Shown: piece by piece, positions 56,682-63,127 of the stretch
Position numbering within the stretch: position 1 is the stretch's first letter
Layout of the letters: each line of letters begins with the position of its first letter
From: Bacilli bacterium
GTDB lineage: Bacteria; Bacillota_I; Bacilli_A; RFN20; CAG-826
NCBI GenBank assembly: GCA_023268805.1
Contig: JALRKT010000004.1
Location: 1 to 63,127, forward strand
Direction of reading: 5' to 3'
DNA: 63,127 nt
The notes under the pieces: model-generated
Database searches by the model: none
Seen by the model: the letters and a program-made list of their open reading frames with translations, nothing else
Told to the model about the DNA's origin: nothing
Program-made: the position numbers and the translations under genes

Positions 56682-59285
56682 ATGATGAAAAAAATGACGA
56701 CTTGGTTACCCTTAGGAACCTTCGCACTCATCCTTGCTGCGTGTGGCGGCACATCGTCCTCGCAAGTGGCGAGCTCGACCCCAGCCTCATCGACAGTTCC
56801 GAGTTCAGAAGTCACCTCTTCAGTAACCGCCTTAACGTCGATTACCATCAGCGGGGCTGATGATATCGAACTCGAATTTGACGTAGACTTTAACCTGTTT
56901 ACAGGTGTAACCGCGATTGGGAACGACGGTGTTGATTATTCTGATGAATTAACACTTTCCTCGATCTCAAGCGCAGTAAACGCGACCACCGGTGACTTAG
57001 ACACCACCGATACGGGTGTCCACGTTGTTCGTTACTTAGTAACGGTTGGCGACGTGAGCGCCTCCAAATTCCGTAACATTACTGTCAATCAACCGGAAGC
57101 GACAGGGATGTTAATCAACCCCGACTTTTCCTTAGGAACAGCGGGTTGGGATGATCCTTCCGTGGTTTATATCGCGGATGGTGCTGCGATGACGCTTTCC
57201 ACCGAAAACGGTGAATTTAAAGCCGAAGTCACAGCAGGATTTAACTTCTTCACGCCACGCTTTGGTCAAATGAATATTCCGTTTGAACAAGGTAAAACGT
57301 ATGAAGTATCCTTTGATGCCCGTTCGACGGTACAAAAAGAAATCGCCCTTCAAGTTGGGGAATTATTATCCTCTGCTCCTTGGTTTACCGATTTCTTACC
57401 GCCTGCGGAAAACATCATTTATCGTACGATTGGCACCACCATGGCACGCTACTCGTACAAATTCACCATGACCCAAGACAACCCACGTGGTGGGATCTTA
57501 TTTGGTTTAGGTCGTGTGAATAATCAATCCGTGAATGCGACGTTGTACTTTGACAACATGAGTATTACCGAATCGACTGTGGATCCTGACACCACCGCAC
57601 CGGCGTTCTTTGGTGTTCAAGAATCCGTAAACCTCTTAGTGGGTGCAACGTATGATCCACGTGCCGGTGTCACCGCCCTTGACGTGGTTGATGGGGATGT
57701 CACTGCCGATATCATTGTGGAAATTTTAGATGCCAATGACCAAGTGGTTCAAAGTGTGGATACATCCGCTGCTGCCACCTTCACCGTGAACTATTCGGTT
57801 GAAGATGCTGCTGGCAATGAAGCCACCGCGTCCACTGAAGTCAATGTCGTTGATTTAGTTTTTAAAGATGAAAATCTTTTAACCAATGGAAGTTTTGGTA
57901 CAGAAATTGGTGCAGAATGGGCTTACTGGCAACAAGACTGGGGAACCCCACCTGTGGTGAATCGTAGTCAAGATGTGGCTGCTGGAACCTATAGTTTAGA
58001 TATTACAGGTGGTGGTGACGCTGTTTGGGCGATTCAATTCTTTCAAGACGGTGTTGAACTCACCGAAGGAACAACCTATCGCTTCTCGATTACTGCGAGT
58101 GCAACGGTTGCCCGTAAAATCAGTGTTGGTATCGGTTATGGTGATCCATGGAACGAATATGGTCGCCAAAACGGATTAGACATTGGTACGACCTCCTCCA
58201 CCCAAGAATTTGTCTTCACGGTGACCAAAGCCACAGCGGATGTCAAAGTGGTGTTAGAACTTGGTACCCAAGAAGGTTTCGCGAATGGAACCCTTGTTTT
58301 AGAAGAAGTTCGTTTACAACGCTTAGAAGCCGATGCCCTTATTGCCAATAACCAATTTGACCTTTCGGGTTGGAGAGGTTTTGCCAATACATGGGAAGGT
58401 ACTGCGTTTGAAGCAGGTGTGGTCGAAGGTGAATTCGCGATGACCGTCACCGCTGAAAATGCGTATGAATCATGGCATCTTCAAATCGTCCAAGACGCGG
58501 AATCGTTAGCCGGTCTTCCGGGAACCTCTGCCTTCTTAGATATCGATCCAGAAAAAACCTATACGTTAACCTTTGATGCGTATGCGACAGAAGAAGTGAC
58601 GTTAACACCGAACATCTTTGGTCAAGGTATTTGGACGAACCACGTTCAATCGCCTGCGTCTGTATTATCCACGGAAAAACAAACGTTCACCAAAACCGTA
58701 ACTACAGTTGGTGCAGCCATTAATGACACAGAAAAACTAGCGTTTGAATTTGGTAATGGATTAACCTTAGGTGCCAATCCGATCACCGTTTACTTAGACA
58801 ATGTGTCGCTTAAAGAAGGTGACGTTGCTGTTCCTACCCTTTATAACGGCGATATGGAAACGGTCTTAGGAGGCCACACTGTCTTTGGTGATGCTTCCAT
58901 GAAGCAAACGGCGGAAGGCGCTTTAATCACTGTCAACAGTTTAGGTAGTCAAGCTTATGAACCACATTACTACTACATTCTTCCAAACTTGGGTGTTGGT
59001 ACGTATCAACTTAAGTTCGTGGTGACAAGCTCTGTGACCCGTGACTTACGTTTCAACATTGTTCTCCCCGATGCGGGTTATGCGTCCATTCTTGAAGGTG
59101 GCTTTACCGACTTTGGTGTCACCGAAGATGTCGCTTATACCTTCACGGCAACCATCGTTGTGGAACAACCCATTACGAATGTGAAAATGGAGCTTGACTT
59201 CGGGACAATAGGCGGCGATAAAATCTCCTTAGCTGGAGAATTCCTCCTCTCTGAAGTCCTTTTATATCGCAACTTTAACGCGTAA
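56682..59285 (+). CDS. Surface lipoprotein with two Ig-like (DUF5011-type) and four CBM4/9/22-like modules
   Basis: Lipobox 'LILAAC' after ATG 56682 (SD AAAGGAG). Module openings repeat: 'INPDFSLGTAGWD', 'LTNGSFGTEIGAEW', 'IANNQFDLSGWRGF' and 'LYNGDMETVLGGH'. Ig-like segments include 'VTAIGNDGVDYSD' and 'VTALDVVDGDVTAD'. Confidence 0.65.
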   Translation: MMKKMTTWLPLGTFALILAACGGTSSSQVASSTPASSTVPSSEVTSSVTALTSITISGADDIELEFDVDFNLFTGVTAIGNDGVDYSDELTLSSISSAVNATTGDLDTTDTGVHVVRYLVTVGDVSASKFRNITVNQPEATGMLINPDFSLGTAGWDDPSVVYIADGAAMTLSTENGEFKAEVTAGFNFFTPRFGQMNIPFEQGKTYEVSFDARSTVQKEIALQVGELLSSAPWFTDFLPPAENIIYRTIGTTMARYSYKFTMTQDNPRGGILFGLGRVNNQSVNATLYFDNMSITESTVDPDTTAPAFFGVQESVNLLVGATYDPRAGVTALDVVDGDVTADIIVEILDANDQVVQSVDTSAAATFTVNYSVEDAAGNEATASTEVNVVDLVFKDENLLTNGSFGTEIGAEWAYWQQDWGTPPVVNRSQDVAAGTYSLDITGGGDAVWAIQFFQDGVELTEGTTYRFSITASATVARKISVGIGYGDPWNEYGRQNGLDIGTTSSTQEFVFTVTKATADVKVVLELGTQEGFANGTLVLEEVRLQRLEADALIANNQFDLSGWRGFANTWEGTAFEAGVVEGEFAMTVTAENAYESWHLQIVQDAESLAGLPGTSAFLDIDPEKTYTLTFDAYATEEVTLTPNIFGQGIWTNHVQSPASVLSTEKQTFTKTVTTVGAAINDTEKLAFEFGNGLTLGANPITVYLDNVSLKEGDVAVPTLYNGDMETVLGGHTVFGDASMKQTAEGALITVNSLGSQAYEPHYYYILPNLGVGTYQLKFVVTSSVTRDLRFNIVLPDAGYASILEGGFTDFGVTEDVAYTFTATIVVEQPITNVKMELDFGTIGGDKISLAGEFLLSEVLLYRNFNA

Positions 59286-59300
59286 GGAGGTAAGGAATCG

Positions 59301-60791
59301 ATGAATAAGACCTTACTCAAATTCTCGTTAGTAACAGGATTCATCCTCGTCGGATGCGGTGGTACTTCCACCGCTTCCAGCGGGGTGGCTTCGAGTACTA
59401 CGAATTCAACGACGTCGCAAACGACCAGCCAAACGCTTCGTCCTGTGACGTTATCGTATGCCGACTGGGGTAACCAAGAATTCAATCAACGCATGATTGA
59501 TGCGTTTGAAGCACGTTATCCGCATATCACGGTGGAATTACGCCAAGATATTACCGGAAGTGGTGCTGAATTTACCGGAAACCTGATTACAGCAGCGCAA
59601 GCGGGTCTTTTACCCGATGTCTTTGCGACTGACAACGTGCCGACCGTTATTAACGCGGGCTTAACGTTAGATGTTGCGGAATACTGGGATGAAGATCCGG
59701 ATGCAGAACTCGTCTACGAAAACATCGCACTTGCGGGTGTCTATAATGGCAAACGTTATGCGGTGCCAAGTTTCCAATTTTTAAAAGGAATTTTAATCAA
59801 CCTCAACATCTTTGAACGTGCCAATTTAAGCACGATTGAAGGGAAATATCGTATTGATAATGACGGGTATCCTGTCAAAGATTGGACGTTTGAAGAATTC
59901 GTGAATATCGCTAAAGATATTAAAAACTTTGATCTTATCAATACCGAAAACCTCGTTGTCGGTATGGATACATGGTATGGAACCCCAGACTTCCAACAAG
60001 TTTGGCCCACCATGAGCAATGCGTCAACGCAGTATGATACGTGGGATGGTACGCAATTTAACTACACCTCTTCCGCCTGGGTCGATGCGATGGAAGCTAA
60101 AGTGGATCTTCATCAATTAACCGATGGAACCACAACACGCTTCACCGAAGAAGATTTGAACGCCGAAGAAAATGATGAATTACGTACTTACATGATCCAA
60201 ACCGGTTACGCCGCAATGGACATTGAAGGTTCGTGGCAATTCTGGGTCATTAAAGATGCGATGGATAATCGTGACTTTGAACTCGGATTCTGGCCTTATC
60301 CCCAAGGGGATGCGGGTTTCTTCCCGCCCACAATCTTAGACTTCCAAGCCATCTCATCACAAACCGCGCATCCTGAAGAAGCGTATTTGCTCGCGAAATG
60401 GATGACGTTTGGTCGCGACGGTTGGAATGCACGCTTAGATTTACTCGAAGAGGATTTTGATGACGCGCTTAATGAAGGCGTCACACCGAACTTCCTCGAC
60501 CGTTTCCCGGTCGCGGCGTATGATGGGGTTTGGGACCGTGTTCGTGGCCTTGTCGATGGCATTGAAGGCATCGATTATATTTTCGATAATATCGAAAAAT
60601 CAAAACCTGACCTTGATAAATGGTTACCCGGTTACAAAGATTTCTGGGCCTGGGTCTATGATCCAGAAAACGCGTATAATTGGGATAGTTTAGTGACCGC
60701 AGGGTCAACTGCTGTTCCAACGTATGCCGCGCAATGGCAAGCACAAATCAATTCGCTTGTCAGTCAACAATTAACGACACTAGGAAGTTAA
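59301..60791 (+). CDS. ABC transporter extracellular solute-binding lipoprotein (family 1, sugar type)
   Basis: Lipobox 'ILVGCGG', Ser/Thr linker, 'LSYADWGNQEF' and 'LPDVFATDN'. GGAGG SD. Confidence 0.82.
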   Translation: MNKTLLKFSLVTGFILVGCGGTSTASSGVASSTTNSTTSQTTSQTLRPVTLSYADWGNQEFNQRMIDAFEARYPHITVELRQDITGSGAEFTGNLITAAQAGLLPDVFATDNVPTVINAGLTLDVAEYWDEDPDAELVYENIALAGVYNGKRYAVPSFQFLKGILINLNIFERANLSTIEGKYRIDNDGYPVKDWTFEEFVNIAKDIKNFDLINTENLVVGMDTWYGTPDFQQVWPTMSNASTQYDTWDGTQFNYTSSAWVDAMEAKVDLHQLTDGTTTRFTEEDLNAEENDELRTYMIQTGYAAMDIEGSWQFWVIKDAMDNRDFELGFWPYPQGDAGFFPPTILDFQAISSQTAHPEEAYLLAKWMTFGRDGWNARLDLLEEDFDDALNEGVTPNFLDRFPVAAYDGVWDRVRGLVDGIEGIDYIFDNIEKSKPDLDKWLPGYKDFWAWVYDPENAYNWDSLVTAGSTAVPTYAAQWQAQINSLVSQQLTTLGS

Positions 60792-60813
60792 CTATTTCCT
60801 TTGTTACAATGAA

Positions 60814-60840
60814 CCTAGGGGAGATTATCCCCTAGGTTTT
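60814..60840 (+). terminator. Stem-loop (partial terminator/stabiliser) after the binding-protein gene
   Basis: Perfect 9-bp stem CCTAGGGGA-GATTA-TCCCCTAGG followed by T4. Confidence 0.6.
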
Positions 60841-60851
60841 ACCACCATAAA

Positions 60852-63083
60852 ATGAAGCATAAATTAACCTCACTTTTCCAAAATAGACAACAAAAAACCA
60901 TTCTCCTCATGGTGTTTATTTTAAGCGCGGTTATTTTAGTCTTTATGGTCAGTTCCGGGACGACAGCGCTTAACCAATACTATCCTTCGATTGCTGCGAT
61001 GAATGACCTCGATTATCCTTCTCTCAATGATGTGTATGGCATTCCGACGTACACGGCGAAAGCACGTGTGTATCAAGAACAAAATTACCCTCAATCCGAT
61101 TATGAAAAGACGTTTGCAGGCGATGATCTTGAAGGCACCGAGTTCATACCTGATGGCGCAGAAGAAGAAGCGATGGTGGCGGACTATGAAGCTTTCTCAG
61201 GCATAACGACGCCTGTATTTACTGTTGACGCCACGTCATCCTTATCCTTCACCTTTGATTTTAATTTTGCGACGCTTAATTACTTTACCGTTGATTATTA
61301 CCTTCTTGATGACGGCGTTGAAGACACCAAAGTCAGTGTTCGTATCAATGGAGAACTCCAATTTTATGAAGCGCAAGCGATGGTATTACCTTCTTCATGG
61401 GCCTTTGTCAGTGATACCTTCGCGCTCGACCGGTATGAAAATGAGCTTCAACCCAATTCACAAAAAGTCAAACAATGGGCGAATGTGGAACTCAAAGATC
61501 CGCGTGCCTTGCATGCAGGGGCCTTTGCCTTTTTCCTTGAAGCGGGAGATGAAGTAACCTTTGAATTTGTGAATGCCCCCTTCCTCATCGGTGCCATTCA
61601 TGCGATTAAACAGCCCAAACTTCCGACGTATGAACGGTATTTAGAACGTCAACCTCAAGGTGAGGTGATTGACACGTTATCCCTTATTTCCGCCCGTAGC
61701 ATGGTGACGCGTTCGGATTCTTCCATTCGCTTACGAACCGAACAAGATGCCTCGACCCTTGCTTATGACACCCAATTTTTACGTTTGAATACCATTTTTG
61801 GGGATTCCTGGGAAAAAGGTGGCCAAGCGATTACGTACGAAATTGATGTAGAAACCGCGGGTTTTTATCATTTATCATTCCGTTATCGCCAATACTTATT
61901 GAATGATATGATGGCCCATCGCCGCATCTTCGTTAATGGCGAAGTTCCTTTTGATACGATGGAAGCTTTTCCTTTCCCCTTTACGATGCAATTTAAAAAT
62001 CGAACCCTAAAAAACGAACAAGGGAATGCCTATCAATTTTATTTGGAAGAAGGAATTAACACGATTACTTTAGAAGCGGTGAACTATCCGTATCGTCGTG
62101 CGATTGAAACCATTCAATATGTAATGGCGCAAATCCAATCGCTTTCCTTATCGATTAAACGTTATACCGCAGGCAGTAACGATCTTTACCGTGACTGGGA
62201 TATTGAAACGTATTTCCCCAATGCCAAAACCGATATTGAATTATGGGCGGATCAACTCCAAGCGATGTATGATGCACTTTTGCCATTATCCATTAATACC
62301 CGGCCTTCCCAACTTGCTAATTTAATCGTCAGTATTGCCCGATTACGTTCGATTGCGAGCCAAATTAATCGCTTACCGAGCCGCATGGTGCAATTTTCTG
62401 ATGGCGATTCAAGCGTCAACCAAATGCTTGGGGTCATGCTCCAAGAATTTTTCCGTTCCTCCTTAGAAATTGAACGAACAATGGTGCACGGCAATGTGTC
62501 CTTACCAAGACCGACGGCTAATTTCTTGCGTTCTGCCTATGAAGGTTCTGCGCGTCTCATTCTTTCGTTTATTAATAATCCGTATTCTGCCACCGATATG
62601 AATGAAGAAGACTTAAATGTTTGGGTGAATCATCCGCGTCAATATATTGAAATCATGCAAGCGATGATCGATCAATCCTACCCAGGAACGCGTCGCGTGA
62701 CCTTATCGCAAATGCCGGATGAAAATAAACTAATTCTCTCCAATATTTCTGGGCAATCCCCGGATGTCGCCATCGGCGTGAACCATTGGATTCCCTATGA
62801 TTTTGCTGCACGAGATGCCGCCTTAGACTTACGTCAATTTTCGGGGTATGAAGAAACCGTCTCCCACTTCTCCAAAGGGGCGATGATTCCTTATATTTTT
62901 GAAGAGGGGGTCTTTGGTCTTCCGGGTACGCAAAATTTCTGGGTTACTTTTTATCGCCGTGATATTTTAGCGTCCATCGGGATGAATGAGATTCCGCAAA
63001 CATGGGATGATGTTGTGGGTTCTTTTCGACCGAACCAGCTGGCGATTTTGCGTGCGATTGCTTTAATGCCACGCCAGATTTAG
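60852..63083 (+). CDS. N-terminally membrane-anchored protein with two CBM6/35-like beta-sandwich modules and the beginning of a family-1 solute-binding domain; the 3' end looks truncated or disrupted
   Basis: TM helix 'ILLMVFILSAVILVFMV'. 'AGFYHLSFRYRQ...IFVNGE...EEGINTITLEA' is a CBM6-like pattern. From about residue 585 the sequence is solute-binding-like, up to 'IPQTWDDV'. Only about 160 aa of that domain are present before the stop. Confidence 0.55.
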   Translation: MKHKLTSLFQNRQQKTILLMVFILSAVILVFMVSSGTTALNQYYPSIAAMNDLDYPSLNDVYGIPTYTAKARVYQEQNYPQSDYEKTFAGDDLEGTEFIPDGAEEEAMVADYEAFSGITTPVFTVDATSSLSFTFDFNFATLNYFTVDYYLLDDGVEDTKVSVRINGELQFYEAQAMVLPSSWAFVSDTFALDRYENELQPNSQKVKQWANVELKDPRALHAGAFAFFLEAGDEVTFEFVNAPFLIGAIHAIKQPKLPTYERYLERQPQGEVIDTLSLISARSMVTRSDSSIRLRTEQDASTLAYDTQFLRLNTIFGDSWEKGGQAITYEIDVETAGFYHLSFRYRQYLLNDMMAHRRIFVNGEVPFDTMEAFPFPFTMQFKNRTLKNEQGNAYQFYLEEGINTITLEAVNYPYRRAIETIQYVMAQIQSLSLSIKRYTAGSNDLYRDWDIETYFPNAKTDIELWADQLQAMYDALLPLSINTRPSQLANLIVSIARLRSIASQINRLPSRMVQFSDGDSSVNQMLGVMLQEFFRSSLEIERTMVHGNVSLPRPTANFLRSAYEGSARLILSFINNPYSATDMNEEDLNVWVNHPRQYIEIMQAMIDQSYPGTRRVTLSQMPDENKLILSNISGQSPDVAIGVNHWIPYDFAARDAALDLRQFSGYEETVSHFSKGAMIPYIFEEGVFGLPGTQNFWVTFYRRDILASIGMNEIPQTWDDVVGSFRPNQLAILRAIALMPRQI

Positions 63084-63127
63084 GTAACAACCAAATCATC
63101 AGTGCAATGAACGCGATCAGAGCAATG

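Noticed and set aside
1-63127. CRISPR arrays, IS elements, integrases, prophage or toxin-antitoxin/defence cassettes.
   Set aside because: I saw no spaced direct repeats and no transposase, integrase, nuclease or defence-type ORFs. Intergenic regions are short and explained by promoters and terminators.

Overview
This is about 63 kb from a low-GC (roughly 40% by eye) monoderm bacterium, Bacillota/Mycoplasmatota-like. It uses the standard genetic code: both RF1 and RF2 are encoded, and TGA, TAA and TAG all end conserved-length genes. Most of the window is tightly packed housekeeping synteny: nrdE-nrdF-redoxin-nrdI, dnaX-recR-tmk-holB-ricT-rsmI, prfA-prmC-rpiB, comFA-comFC-secA-prfB (with the programmed +1 frameshift), uvrB, secG, folD, glnA and gcvT-H-PA-PB. 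One tRNA-Ala(CGC) is present. I saw no rRNA, CRISPR array, transposase or integrase. Five accessory blocks stand out. (1) A bona fide heliorhodopsin (5631-6455) is followed by five translationally coupled genes: tocopherol-cyclase-like, alpha/beta hydrolase, LURP-one/DUF567, a large polytopic membrane protein and an Old Yellow Enzyme. It is preceded by DUF2177/DUF1295 membrane proteins and an MhqD-like esterase. I rate this block as the best candidate for an undescribed light-linked membrane/redox system. (2) A leaderless, autoregulated TetR gene with a perfect 15-bp palindromic operator sits between an ABC-2 exporter operon and a VTC-DUF4956 (polyphosphate-polymerase-like) operon. That second operon runs into a YfhO gene broken by a single in-frame TAG. 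(3) An ECF sigma/anti-sigma pair is present, with an Asp/His-rich tail on the anti-sigma factor. (4) A YolD/Y-family polymerase operon is present. (5) A cre-controlled glycan-uptake locus encodes a ~1000-aa phosphorylase-like cytoplasmic protein, a multi-CBM lipoprotein, a solute-binding lipoprotein and a membrane-anchored CBM-plus-solute-binding fusion. That fusion reading frame breaks about 100 nt before the window end. All family calls come from motif recognition by eye and memory. No database search was run.
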